DNA of 64,000 bases from an uncultured Verrucomicrobiae bacterium (GCA_963762565.1 CAVXLD010000013.1:96001-160000); one strand, 5' to 3'. Numbered from the stretch's first letter, positions 50,989 through 61,306 are shown. Translations and numbers: made by a program. Notes: a model not told the origin generated them from the letters alone.

Positions 50989-51561
50989 CTACCGGACAGC
51001 CCTCGCGATTTGCAGGCTCAGTTTTAATACCGCTTCACTTAACAGCGCGACCATTCGCGCGTCGTCTCCCAGTTTCCAGCCGGAACGACGGATTGAGAAG
51101 GAATTGGTTGCCACCGTCGTGCCGCTGGAGGAGGCAATGCGCCACGTGCCGGCCACGATGACATCTCCGGTTTGATGTCCTTCGAAGTGGGTGATCCGAA
51201 TGATCACATCCAGTGTGTGAGCGGGCGGCCGCTGGGCTGGCCGAAAACCCATAGCAGGTATCTCAGCGCCGCTCAGGTTCGCCGCGACGGCGTCCGCGAT
51301 CGTTTCATCTAAAGGCGCCGCCCATAAACCCCTAGGCGAGTACCGGACCTCGTTCCCCTCCATGCTTGCCAGGTTCCTCCTCGCGAGATCAGCCGGTACC
51401 TCGACTTTTTCGACGTAGATCTTTATCGGCCCCGACTGCGCCGGGCCTCCTTGGATCCCGAGTACGTAATAGGTCAGCGACGGCCGTGTTGTTGCGCACC
51501 CCAGCGGAAGCCCGGCGCACAGCATCAGAGCTGTTGGCCAGATCAGTGGAGCGTGCTTCAC
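50989..51561 (-). CDS. PqiC-family membrane-integrity transporter lipoprotein
   Basis: Lipobox LPLGC, TYYVL, VEVPADLAR, WAAPLDE, ITHFEG. GTG start inferred; the upstream ORF extension runs through repeats. Confidence 0.75.
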   Translation of the reverse strand: MKHAPLIWPTALMLCAGLPLGCATTRPSLTYYVLGIQGGPAQSGPIKIYVEKVEVPADLARRNLASMEGNEVRYSPRGLWAAPLDETIADAVAANLSGAEIPAMGFRPAQRPPAHTLDVIIRITHFEGHQTGDVIVAGTWRIASSSGTTVATNSFSIRRSGWKLGDDARMVALLSEAVLKLSLQIARAVR

Positions 51562-51864
51562 TGGGCGCTTCGTTCTCGTCCTCGTCCTCGAATCCGGTCG
51601 AGCGGAGTGATGGAATACCGGAGTGATGGAGGAGTGCGTCCGCGCCCGTGGGGTCGCCGATCCGGTCGAAACCGTGGAGCGCTGCCTCGCTTGCGAGGCC
51701 GTGGTGAACAGGGGTGATATTGTGCCAGGCGCGTCGTCTGGCTGCGCGCCAGCCTGTGCTCGAGGGCAGACCTCGCGCAATAGAGCACCGACCGAAATAG
51801 GGTTGGCATCACGAAGTTCCCTGCTCACCACGGCCTCGCGAGCGGGGCAGCGCTCCAAAAGTGG

Positions 51865-52290
51865 CTAAGACAAAAATTTCGTGGTCAGAGTGATGTTGGC
51901 CTTAAGTACGCGTGAGACCGGACAACCGGCTTTCGCCTGATTCGCGATTTCTTCAAACTTGGCCGCATCAAGGCCTGGAACCCGGCCAGTCAAATCCAGG
52001 TGGACTGCCGTAATGGTCCAGTTGCTCTCGACTTGTTCCAACGTGAGCGTCGCTTCAGTCGTGAGTTCTTCGGGTGTGAAGCCGGCGCCACCCAGAAACG
52101 CGGATAACGCCATGGTGAAGCAACCGGCGTGAGCAGCCGCTATGAGTTCTTCGGGATTCGTTCCAATACCGCTCTCAAATCGCGTCGAGAACGAGTATTG
52201 GGTTTTGTTTAAGACGCCGCTTTGCGTGGAAAGCGTGCCCTGGCCCTTCTTGAGGTCTCCTTGCCAAACTGCGGATGCTGTACGATTCAT
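51865..52290 (-). CDS. osmC: OsmC peroxiredoxin
   Basis: GTNPEELIAAAHAGCFTMALS, AKAGCPVSR. Confidence 0.96.
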   Translation of the reverse strand: MNRTASAVWQGDLKKGQGTLSTQSGVLNKTQYSFSTRFESGIGTNPEELIAAAHAGCFTMALSAFLGGAGFTPEELTTEATLTLEQVESNWTITAVHLDLTGRVPGLDAAKFEEIANQAKAGCPVSRVLKANITLTTKFLS

Positions 52291-52436
52291 ATTGGTTTTG
52301 TCTGGTTAGATATCGGTCGAACCATGAGGATTCGATTTTCGAGGCATACTACACCGAGATGTGTGCCGCAAAAGTGTCTTCGTCATCCTCAACGGAAAAT
52401 AAATCATGGATGCAGGTGATCCAATTCGGGCAGGGG

Positions 52437-55400
52437 CTATGATTTTAAGCCGCTTCGCGGCGGCGCCAACCTTCCAACTAGGGACAACCATCGCCAGATC
52501 CGTGACACTCGTGGAACAATGACCTCAATAGTCGTGCCACTGCCCGGGCAACTGGTGATCCGGATCCTACCGCCGAGTCGTCGGACGCGTTCCTCGATTC
52601 CAACAAGGCCCAGTCCACCCGACATCCCGCTTTCGTCCGGAGCGGTCTTGATCGATCCGCCGCACGGCTTGTAGTCAAATCCAATTCCGTCATCGCGAAG
52701 GCAAAGCCGCAGCTCCTCTGGTCGGTAATTCAATTCTAGATCGAACTGGCTCGCCCTGGCGTGTTTCAACGTGTTGGTGAGAGATTCCTCAGCAATTCGC
52801 ACTAGAGCTTGCTCACAATCGGACCCGATTCGGTATGGTGCGCCCAGGACTTTAAGTTGGCAGCATAGTCGTGTGCCATCCGCGGTTCGGTTCAGAACCG
52901 CCTCTAATGCGGATGGCAAGGACACACTGGTCTCGAATACCCCTGAGCGCAGTGCTCGCATAGCGAGGCGCGTTTCCTTCAGGTTCTCACGCGCCAATTT
53001 GGACACGTCATCAAGGCTTTCGAGCACCGGATCGAAATGCATTTTCTTGGCAAGACTCTTGGTTGCTTCAAGCCGCCAGACGAGTCCAACCGTGCCTCTT
53101 GCCACGGTGTCATGTAGCTCGCGCGCCAACCGGGTCCGTTCTTCCAGTATCTGTTGCAGCCGCCACCGCCAAAGAAGCCAGACGGCCAGAATGAATGCCC
53201 CGGCGCACAAAAGGGCAAACCAGATTGTCTGGTAAAAATGTGGTTGCACAACTATGGTCGTGGAGGCAGCAGCTTCTTCCGGAACCCAAAGTCCGTCATT
53301 GTTACAAGCAACGACTCTGAACCGGTAGGTACCAGGAGCGAGATTTGTGTAGTAGGCTTCCGCGTTCGTTCCTGCATCGATCCAATCTTTATCGAACCCA
53401 TCCAGCCTATATTTGAATCGAACCTTCTCAGGCGCTGTAAAACTTAATCCGGCATAGTCGAATTCCAAATAATGAGCGCCGGGACCGAGCTGGACGACTT
53501 GGTTTCCCGCTCGGATTGGGAGGACGTGGATTAGGTCGGCAACGACCCGCTCAATTTGTACCGCGGGTAGCAGGGAATTGAATTGCAAATGGTTAGGATC
53601 GATCACAGCCAGCCCGGCGATCGTTCCAAACGCAAGCCGGCCATCGGGTAATCGGCACCCGGCAGGAAAATAAACGTTGCTACAGTCTGGAGATTTGAGA
53701 CCATCAGCTTTTCCGAAAGCCCGGCAATTAACCGAAGAGCGTTTCCCATCGAAAAACTCATTCAACGCGTGCTTCGAAACACAAAAGATCCCGCGTGAGC
53801 CGCTCGACCAGAGGTTGCCATTGTCATCCTCCAGAAGACAAAAGAATTCTGGTGCAAGTATTCTTTCGTCGGGTCGAAACGCGACAAGAGCCCATTTTCC
53901 GGCCTTCAACCGGTAGAGCCCGTTTACTCCGCCGGCCCAAACCGTCCCGTCCGAATCGTCGTACGTTGAAAGGATCGTAGTTTTCGACAGCATTTCGGCG
54001 TTCACGCCTGGGATGCTGATCGTTGAATCTTGAAGTACGTCGACCTCGGGGGTTTCGCCAATCCAAGCTCTTTCCTCACGATCGATGGTTAGCGAAAAAA
54101 TCGAGCGATTCCGCAGCCCATCTGCGGAAGTAAACGTTCTTACCAGTTGGCCATTGCGAAACACTTGGAGACCGGCGCCGGCCGTACCGACGAGGAGATC
54201 TCCGGCACGGTTGTTGCAGATCCCCATTGCGTAGCCCGGGCCACCCTCTCTATTTAACGCCGCTACCCGCTGGTCTTGACCATTCTGCAACCGATGCAAC
54301 CCACCATCCCTAGTGCCAAACCAGACCATTCCATGAGGATCCTCGTACAAGGAAGTCACTTCCATCGATGAAGCTGGCTCTCCCTCCGACCCCAGCGATA
54401 TGCGCTCAATTGTGCCGTTCTTAAGGCAAGCTAAACCACCGCTTGTCCCGATCCAGATCCGTCCCTCGCTACCGGCTGCGACAGTGCCAACGTTGTCACT
54501 AGGGAGTCCGTCACGCGTGGCGTAAGTAATGACTCTGACATCAGAGAGTCGTTCAAGTCCTTCGCTTGTCGCCAGCCAGATATTCCCTTCTCGATCTTCG
54601 AAGATTTGCTGGATATTTGGCAGAGGCCGCCCATTTTCTGGCGGCAATTGACTCAACTGATCGGTACCCGGCTCAATCCGCCACAAGCCACCACCAGCGA
54701 TGCTCGCCCATATCATACCGTGCGAGTCAGTCATTAGGGTCTGGATCGAGAGTCGGCCCAGGTCGTTGGGAATCGGTTGAAAGATGCCGTTCTCAAGCCG
54801 AGCCAGACCGAGGCCAGTCCCAGCCCAAAGGCGGCCCTTCGAATCGACGCACAGGCCGTAAACCTCATTAGCAGGTAAGCCATCGATCTTAGAAAATCTC
54901 CGTATCTCACCAGATTTCCTATCGATTCGATCGACCCCAGATGCTGTGGCAACCCAGACCGCACCATCGTTGGTTTCGCTGAACGCGTAAACCTGATGAC
55001 GTGCCAAATCCAAAGACCCTGCGTAGGTCGAAAAGCGGTTCTCTTTGAACTGGAGCAAGCCGTAATTTTCGGTTCCAACCCAAAGTATTCCCTCTTTGTC
55101 CAGAAAAAGAGGCTGCAGCGGATCGTCCGGTACACCATCTTTATTGCCGAACCGCTTAAACTCACCGTTTGGCAGCCGGCAGTACATCGCTTTCCAAGAG
55201 CTGATCCATAACTCGCCGGAAGACCCCAGAAGTAGTGAATAAACATCAAGCGGCAGCTCGATGTTGGCCTGAATGTCCTTTCCCACATCGAACTTCTTGC
55301 CGTCGAATCGAATTAGACCATGCACAAACCTAAGCCAAAGAAAGCCGTCCTGGGTCTGAGCAATGCCTGCAGTCACGTTCTGGGGAAGCCCCTGATCCTG

Positions 55401-55610
55401 ATCCCAACGAACCAATCGGTACTGGCCTAGCGACCGGCCAGGGTCCAGAGCAAAAGTAGTACTCAGCAGAGGAATTGACACCATTAACCAAAACGCTAGA
55501 GCCCGAAAGCTACACAAACGCCTCGTTCGATATCTTGTTAGCTTGAAACCGAAGGCCGAATCATAAGCACGGAGCTCAGATTTCAGTGGCAGAGTTGACT
55601 CTGATTTCAT
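52437..55610 (-). CDS. Sensor histidine kinase with beta-propeller (Reg_prop) repeats, Y_Y_Y, TM, HisKA_3 and HATPase domains
   Basis: DGLP/GxLWxGT repeats, YRLDGFD...YTNLAPGTYRF, ERTRLARELHDT, DDGIGF, GLGLVGIEER. Confidence 0.94.
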   Translation of the reverse strand: MKSESTLPLKSELRAYDSAFGFKLTRYRTRRLCSFRALAFWLMVSIPLLSTTFALDPGRSLGQYRLVRWDQDQGLPQNVTAGIAQTQDGFLWLRFVHGLIRFDGKKFDVGKDIQANIELPLDVYSLLLGSSGELWISSWKAMYCRLPNGEFKRFGNKDGVPDDPLQPLFLDKEGILWVGTENYGLLQFKENRFSTYAGSLDLARHQVYAFSETNDGAVWVATASGVDRIDRKSGEIRRFSKIDGLPANEVYGLCVDSKGRLWAGTGLGLARLENGIFQPIPNDLGRLSIQTLMTDSHGMIWASIAGGGLWRIEPGTDQLSQLPPENGRPLPNIQQIFEDREGNIWLATSEGLERLSDVRVITYATRDGLPSDNVGTVAAGSEGRIWIGTSGGLACLKNGTIERISLGSEGEPASSMEVTSLYEDPHGMVWFGTRDGGLHRLQNGQDQRVAALNREGGPGYAMGICNNRAGDLLVGTAGAGLQVFRNGQLVRTFTSADGLRNRSIFSLTIDREERAWIGETPEVDVLQDSTISIPGVNAEMLSKTTILSTYDDSDGTVWAGGVNGLYRLKAGKWALVAFRPDERILAPEFFCLLEDDNGNLWSSGSRGIFCVSKHALNEFFDGKRSSVNCRAFGKADGLKSPDCSNVYFPAGCRLPDGRLAFGTIAGLAVIDPNHLQFNSLLPAVQIERVVADLIHVLPIRAGNQVVQLGPGAHYLEFDYAGLSFTAPEKVRFKYRLDGFDKDWIDAGTNAEAYYTNLAPGTYRFRVVACNNDGLWVPEEAAASTTIVVQPHFYQTIWFALLCAGAFILAVWLLWRWRLQQILEERTRLARELHDTVARGTVGLVWRLEATKSLAKKMHFDPVLESLDDVSKLARENLKETRLAMRALRSGVFETSVSLPSALEAVLNRTADGTRLCCQLKVLGAPYRIGSDCEQALVRIAEESLTNTLKHARASQFDLELNYRPEELRLCLRDDGIGFDYKPCGGSIKTAPDESGMSGGLGLVGIEERVRRLGGRIRITSCPGSGTTIEVIVPRVSRIWRWLSLVGRLAPPRSGLKS

Positions 55611-55997
55611 TTGGCCAATTCCCCTGGGGTACGTCAGAAAGCTTGGCTCGAAACAGCGGTCGATGTCCTTGAGTGGTCTTTAAGCTGAATTAGCGCAATA
55701 GAAAAGTCACTTTCCGAGGAGCTCGACGAGTTCACCTGAGGCTCCCCCTGAATAGCAGATAGCAAATAGCAAATCATCCAGCGCTCGGTAGCTCTAGTGC
55801 CCTTTTTCCATGTGTTATTTGCTATTCTGAACGAGCCTAAGCAAGTTCAGCTCGCTCCCTCTAAAGACAGAGGACCATTTAGTCCGCCTGCGGGCCGTTA
55901 CCCTCTCTCATCGGGCCAACTTTTTTCCTATCTTACGTCGTATGGCAGCGATCGAATCAACAAACGATTTTGTACACGTAAATCAACTTACATCGAA

Positions 55998-56225
55998 ATG
56001 AACTACGCGATTAAATCATTATTGAATAGCAAGCACGGTCTCCAAGTCATGCTGATGGCGCCGGTACTGGGCATCTTGGCCTTTACCGGATGCTCCCACA
56101 TTGACGGTACGGCTCAAAAGCAGCCATTAAAGAAAAACAGAGTAGCCGTCTACTCCGAATGGAGCCAAACGGAAGCACAAGCGGCTGATTCTAATCCGGA
56201 TCCGGGATATGAATGGTTTTACTAA
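55998..56225 (+). CDS. Small lipoprotein ending in DPGYEWFY
   Basis: ATG after an A-rich leader, lipobox-like LAFTGC, 75 aa. Confidence 0.65.
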   Translation: MNYAIKSLLNSKHGLQVMLMAPVLGILAFTGCSHIDGTAQKQPLKKNRVAVYSEWSQTEAQAADSNPDPGYEWFY

Positions 56226-56420
56226 GCGAATAGGCGCAGTCGAACGCGGCGGAAAGGCTACAGAGCGGCTCCCTCGAAAGAGGCAAAGCGGCATTCCTCA
56301 TGCCTCTTACCATGACCCTCTCGTCGGTGGCGGATATTTTCCTGTCGTAAGCCGTATAGCGGCTTTGGAACTAACAACCGAATCTGTACCCCTAGTTAAC
56401 GACTAACAAACTCGACTACT

Positions 56421-57329
56421 ATGGAAGAATCCACATTGGCCACCCGATCAGCAATATCCGGTAGAAAGAAGGCACGGCCGCTGCCCGAGGCCGGACGATT
56501 AAGCAAAACTGCTGCCCCGGGTGGAGATTATGTTCTTGGCCATTCGCAAAGAGAGATTCGCCGTTTGACGACGCAGGCAGCCATACTGAATCCCATTACC
56601 GAGCGTCTCATGCGTAACACGAGAGTCGGCCCCGGGATGCGAGTGCTTGATTTGGGTTGTGGCGCCGGCGATGTTTCTATGCTGGCTGCGGAGCTCGTCG
56701 GGTCAACCGGCTCGGTAGTTGGGATTGATCGAAACAAGGATGTTCTTGCTGTAGCGGCTGAGCGGGCTCGACTAGCGGGATTCCCACAAATTCACTTTGA
56801 GCAAGCGTCGGCTGAGACCTTCTGGTCGGGTGAACCTTTCGATCTGGTGATCGGCAGATACGTTTTGATCCATCAGTCCGATCCGGCTGGACTCCTGCGA
56901 GGCGCGGCACGCCTGGTTAGACGCGGAGGGTCGATCGCTTTCCATGAGATTCGACTGAACGAAATCCTTAATTCGTCGCCATACGTTCCGCTCTGGCAGC
57001 TGACGGGAAGCCTCATCGAGATGGCATGTCATTCTGCATTGCCGCACTACGATGTGAGCGACCGGCTAATCGAATGTTTCTCCGAAGCCGGCTTACCGCA
57101 GCCTGACCTATTCTCTGAGACCCCCGTTGGCGGCGGTGTTGATTCGCCTCTCTACGCTTGGGCCGCCGAAACTCTGAATAGCTTTCGCCCGCAACTTACA
57201 AAAATGGGGATCGCGTCAAGTGGATTCACTGGTGTTGAAACACTTGCGAGGAGCCTGAGAGCAGCCGTCGTCGATGCCCGCAGCCAGATTACAGCGCCCC
57301 GGCAAGTCTGTGCATGGGTAACGGTCTGA
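56421..57329 (+). CDS. Class I SAM-dependent methyltransferase
   Basis: YVLGHS, VLDLGCGAGD, FDLVIGRYVL. Confidence 0.92.
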   Translation: MEESTLATRSAISGRKKARPLPEAGRLSKTAAPGGDYVLGHSQREIRRLTTQAAILNPITERLMRNTRVGPGMRVLDLGCGAGDVSMLAAELVGSTGSVVGIDRNKDVLAVAAERARLAGFPQIHFEQASAETFWSGEPFDLVIGRYVLIHQSDPAGLLRGAARLVRRGGSIAFHEIRLNEILNSSPYVPLWQLTGSLIEMACHSALPHYDVSDRLIECFSEAGLPQPDLFSETPVGGGVDSPLYAWAAETLNSFRPQLTKMGIASSGFTGVETLARSLRAAVVDARSQITAPRQVCAWVTV

Positions 57330-57426
57330 CCACGGGCGAAGTAGGGAGTAATGAATGGGTATCGAAACCGTCCAGCCGCGAAGCGGTAAGTTCGACAGCT
57401 GCTTAGACTACCGCGGGTCACAGCTT

Positions 57427-57624
57427 CTACGTGATCTTTCGTTGCCTGGCGGGCACGGCCGAGAACAGCGGGATGAGCCCCTCTAGCATCGTGGGGTGCG
57501 TGAAGATAGCGTCACGCAACAGGGTATAGGGCAGTCCCGCAAGCATCGCGACCTGGACGACTGCGATGATTTCTCCTGCTTCCGCTCCGAGAGCAGTGAA
57601 CCCCAGAATGCGATCACTCTGCAA
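57427..57624 (-). pseudogene. C-terminal fragment of a pyridine nucleotide-disulfide oxidoreductase
   Basis: SDRILGFTALG...VQVAMLAGLPYTLLRDAIFTHPTMLEGLIPLFSAV is nearly identical to the end of 41760-43154. Confidence 0.85.
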
Positions 57625-57671
57625 ATTCTCTTTCCATAGCGACCGGCTCCGATCGACATTTTCGCCCCGGC

Positions 57672-58166
57672 TTAGCGAGCGTTATTTTCCGATTGCCCGG
57701 GACCTATCTCGGCCGGCGAGGTGGGACCATGCGAAGTCGGGCCCAGAAACTCCTGTCCAAATCTGGCCGCGATCTGGTCGAGTCGTTGGAAGTTTGGTTC
57801 GGGCTTACTCCATTCTTCGGCACAGGCCGCCACATAATGATCAAAACCTCCCGGGACACAGATCGCTAAGACCTGCGCTCTCTCGCCGCCTACCACTCTC
57901 GGTGCATGTGGGATATCTTTTGGCAGGTAAACCGCGTCGCCTTTTCGGAGGCGAACGGTCTCCCTACCTCGATTTACCTCGAGCTCGCCCGATTCCACAA
58001 TGAAGATCTCGTCTTCAAAACGATGGATGTGTAGCGGCACGTCGTTCCCGGGTGAGGCCAAAACTCGCAAGACACAGGATGTGCCTCCGGTCTGCTCAGA
58101 GCTGACTAATACATTGAACTCGTGACCGAAAGCCCTAAGCACTTTCTGAATTTGATCAAGATTCAT
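57672..58166 (-). CDS. Cupin domain protein
   Basis: PLHIHRFEDE, GDAVYLPKDIPH, PGGFD. ATGA-coupled to the upstream peptide gene. Confidence 0.88.
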   Translation of the reverse strand: MNLDQIQKVLRAFGHEFNVLVSSEQTGGTSCVLRVLASPGNDVPLHIHRFEDEIFIVESGELEVNRGRETVRLRKGDAVYLPKDIPHAPRVVGGERAQVLAICVPGGFDHYVAACAEEWSKPEPNFQRLDQIAARFGQEFLGPTSHGPTSPAEIGPGQSENNAR

Positions 58167-58417
58167 CGATTGAAAGTGTAAAAGAGCAATGCCCCCGCTA
58201 ATGTGATGGCCGCAAATAGATAGGAGACAGCCAAGATTCCGGCAAACGCCTCGAACAAACTTGTTAGGCGCCAAACCGATCTCCAACTCCGAAGGGCGGG
58301 TCTCGCGACGGTAACACTCTTAGATTCCTTTTGTTTGGTCACGATCGTCGTCGGCTGACCGACAGTTAACATGCTGTGGATCGAACTGATGTTTAAACTA
58401 GGTGTCATATTGGACAT
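58163..58417 (-). CDS. Small membrane peptide ending LFYTFNR (paralog A)
   Basis: Fills the operon gap exactly and is homologous to 62447-62671. Confidence 0.7.
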   Translation of the reverse strand: MSNMTPSLNISSIHSMLTVGQPTTIVTKQKESKSVTVARPALRSWRSVWRLTSLFEAFAGILAVSYLFAAITLAGALLFYTFNR

Positions 58418-58427
58418 GGTGATTGAT

Positions 58428-59786
58428 TTAATAACTTCTTCTAACCGGCAAGACCTTTACGGTCGGCTGAGTTGGGGAGCTGCACTGGCTGAGCGAGCGT
58501 TTCGGCCCCACCGATGCGGTTTTCAAGATCTCCTCAGTTGTTTCGAGTAGTTCGTCGGACGCAGAAAAACTCGTCTCCAAGAGGCGAAGCGATCCATTCG
58601 TTGTCGCGACGCCGATGGTTGGAGCGCCTGCAAATCTCGCTGAAACTGCCGGACCCCATATTGCGTCTAACCGCAATTGTCCGAAGTCGGAACCGAATGG
58701 TAAGTTCCCGAGGTTTGTTAACATGATGTCGTGAGCGAACGCCTGCGCACAGATCGCAGCTGCGGCCGGAACATCAACGCCGTCTGCGAGGGCTTGGCAA
58801 AGGGCTGACCTCGACGCAACAACCCCTTTCAAGGTTTGGGCTCGACTTAAACTCACCGTCGACTCTCGGGCTAGGTCCCAAAAATCGACGGGCATGTGAG
58901 GCCGGATATTGACTATTCCCGCGTCGACAAGCGCAGCGCAGTCCTCCCCTAGTCCCAATAATTTCCGGGTATCGATCGGCGAACAGATGCGAATCGGAGC
59001 ATGCTTGAAATTCGGGTTCTCTAGCCAAGCAGCTAGAGCGACCGCGGCAGAGATCGCTCCGTGTACCGTAGTCCCTTCCTGTCGGGCGCGTTCTCGTAAT
59101 TTTCTGGTCAGCCCGGGAGTCAGACGCAAGCTCTTAATGCGGGGACGCAGGTCCTCTTTGCTTATGTAGGTCGCTAGTCTCGCCGCGGGTGCGACCGGTG
59201 AATGTGTATCTGCGATCAACCTGTCCGGTCTAATCGCTCCATTCCCGGTTAGACCAAGGATCTCTTCATGCGGGGGTAGTAGCGGCAGCGAATCGAGTGT
59301 CCTTCCCGATAGCGCTTGTAGCAAATCCCGAATCACAAAGGCGATGGAACGCCCATCTGCAATGGAATGATGAGCGACCAAGATGAACGCCGCTTGGTCA
59401 GCCTCGTGTAGTAGTACGGCGCGCACGAGTGGTGCCCCTTGTGGATCAAAAGGAATCGATAATTCCAGCTCCATTTCATCCGCCCAGTCCCGGGTCGCGT
59501 TATTTTCTTGCCGTACCCGAAGTGGAATTGTTGTCTCAACTTCCTGACGGAAGTGCGGACGACCGCTTCCGTTTGTTTCTATGCGGACCGAGAGGAGGGG
59601 ATGGCGGCGCTGCACTAGTTTGAGGGCGTCGCGCCAAAGCTGTATTTCAGTGGTTCCTTGCACTTCAGCCGCTAAGGCAAAGTGGACCGGCCGGTTCTGA
59701 TCGAGCAGCCAAAAGAAGTGTTCAAAGCTTCCAAGCGGTCGAAGTGACGGGTTGACGTGTTTGGCGAAAAACAGGGGATTTATCAT
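58428..59786 (-). CDS. Stand-alone condensation-domain acyltransferase (PapA5/alcohol acyltransferase-like)
   Basis: RPLGSFE, RRHPLLSV, HHSIADG active-site motif, LTNLG. Confidence 0.88.
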   Translation of the reverse strand: MINPLFFAKHVNPSLRPLGSFEHFFWLLDQNRPVHFALAAEVQGTTEIQLWRDALKLVQRRHPLLSVRIETNGSGRPHFRQEVETTIPLRVRQENNATRDWADEMELELSIPFDPQGAPLVRAVLLHEADQAAFILVAHHSIADGRSIAFVIRDLLQALSGRTLDSLPLLPPHEEILGLTGNGAIRPDRLIADTHSPVAPAARLATYISKEDLRPRIKSLRLTPGLTRKLRERARQEGTTVHGAISAAVALAAWLENPNFKHAPIRICSPIDTRKLLGLGEDCAALVDAGIVNIRPHMPVDFWDLARESTVSLSRAQTLKGVVASRSALCQALADGVDVPAAAAICAQAFAHDIMLTNLGNLPFGSDFGQLRLDAIWGPAVSARFAGAPTIGVATTNGSLRLLETSFSASDELLETTEEILKTASVGPKRSLSQCSSPTQPTVKVLPVRRSY

Positions 59787-59846
59787 CTCAATTTTCTTTT
59801 GTGTCGGTGGTTAGTTTGACAAATTTCCGGGAGCCGCAGGCGCTTC

Positions 59847-60081
59847 TTACGATTGGTAGATGAGGCTTTGGTGCAAAAGGCGAAACGTCACGATCAGAGC
59901 TAGTCACAGCACAAACCGGTTTCCGACCGAGTCGGCCTCGCAAGCGAGGCAGCGCTCCACGAAGATGCCTTCCATCTTGCTGCGGATAAGTTTCGCGTTC
60001 TGGCCTAGCTGAGCAATTTATCGAGGAGCGTATGTGCTCTCGCAATTGTACGTTGTAGGATAAAATTAAAACGAGTTCCAT
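59847..60081 (-). pseudogene. Degenerate copy of the 61367-61783 gene, interrupted by a REP-like repeat
   Basis: N-terminus MELVLILSYNVQLREHIRSSI...QDGRHL and out-of-frame C-terminus LALIVTFRLLHQSLIYQS match the intact copy. Confidence 0.7.
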
Positions 60082-60220
60082 TTTATTAGTTGACCGGCAA
60101 GCCTTTGATCTATGCCTTTTTGGGAACACTGGTAAACGGGTTGAACACCGCGAGTGAGGACCAATGGTTTGCGGAACGGGGAGCCCAGAGGACAAGCACG
60201 AGGTTTCTACGAAGTGTTTC

Positions 60221-61306
60221 CTAGGCGAAACGGACAATCAACATCAGGGAAACGATGCTGATGAACAGCCAGAGCAGGACGCCCTGCAAGAATGGTCGCC
60301 AGCCGACGGCGCGCAGCGTTTTTGGCGAGAGGCCTGCCCCGATCAGAAACAGCGTGAGCGTTAGACCGGTTCCGGCCACGTGCTGCAACGCGGGCGCTAC
60401 GTCTGCCACCCCAGGCACAAAACTGCGGGCAACCGAGGCCAGCACGAAAAGGCCGATGAACCAGGGGATCTGCATCGTCTGCCGGCTGTGTGTCTTGGTT
60501 TGGTGATCACCCCGGCGTGACCGGAAGATGGCCGCTGCGCCCAAGGCCACCGGGATGATCCACAGCGCACGAGAGAGTTTGACAGCCGTAGCCGTTTGCA
60601 AGGCATCCAGTCCGTAATGCGCACTCGCGCCGACCACGGAGGAAATATCGTGAATGGCGATGCCGGCCCAGGTGCCAAATTGCACCTGCGTCAGCCCAAG
60701 TGTGTGACCTACAACCGGGAACATGTAAAGCGCGGTCGCATTAAGGATGAAGACGGTGCCCATTGCGACACTGATCTCGCTTTCGCCCGCGCCGATGACC
60801 GATCCCACGGCTGCGATAGCCGAGCCGCCGCAGATCGCAGTGCCTGCAGAGATAAGGGCCGAGACTTTGCGATCGATGCCGAGACGTTTGCCCAGGATCC
60901 AGGCCAGTCCAACCGTTGTGGCGATAGTCGCCGCGGCTAAGCCGGCGCCTTGTAAACCAGTACGAAGAACAACCTGCAAATCCATGCCAAAGCCAAGAAA
61001 GACAACGCAGACCTTCAGCAGCGTGGCCGAGATTTTCTTGCCCAGGCGAGCGAACGGGTTCTCGTGTGTAAGCGCAAGGATGGCGCCCAGAGCCAGGGCC
61101 AGCGAAGATGAGACCCACGGTGTCAGGCAGAAAGCCGCTGCAACGATAAAGATGGCCTGCCGCACGCCTCGAGGAAGAGCCTGGGAATCACGTGGCCAGC
61201 GCCGGCGAGTTGAACTTTCTGGGGTCGCCAATCTTCCGGAAACGGCAGGCAAAGCTGAAATTGGCGCCGGGTTAACGAGTTTAGCGAAAAATGGTGGGTT
61301 TATCAT
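60221..61306 (-). CDS. YeiH/UPF0324 family membrane protein (putative sulfate exporter)
   Basis: LISAGTAICGGSAIAA, WAGIAIHDISSVVGA, VKLSRALWIIP, IPWFIG. Confidence 0.92.
   Translation of the reverse strand: MINPPFFAKLVNPAPISALPAVSGRLATPESSTRRRWPRDSQALPRGVRQAIFIVAAAFCLTPWVSSSLALALGAILALTHENPFARLGKKISATLLKVCVVFLGFGMDLQVVLRTGLQGAGLAAATIATTVGLAWILGKRLGIDRKVSALISAGTAICGGSAIAAVGSVIGAGESEISVAMGTVFILNATALYMFPVVGHTLGLTQVQFGTWAGIAIHDISSVVGASAHYGLDALQTATAVKLSRALWIIPVALGAAAIFRSRRGDHQTKTHSRQTMQIPWFIGLFVLASVARSFVPGVADVAPALQHVAGTGLTLTLFLIGAGLSPKTLRAVGWRPFLQGVLLWLFISIVSLMLIVRFA

Noticed and set aside
58428..59786. NRPS biosynthetic cluster
   Set aside because: Only a stand-alone condensation-like domain. 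No adenylation or carrier domain is present in the window.
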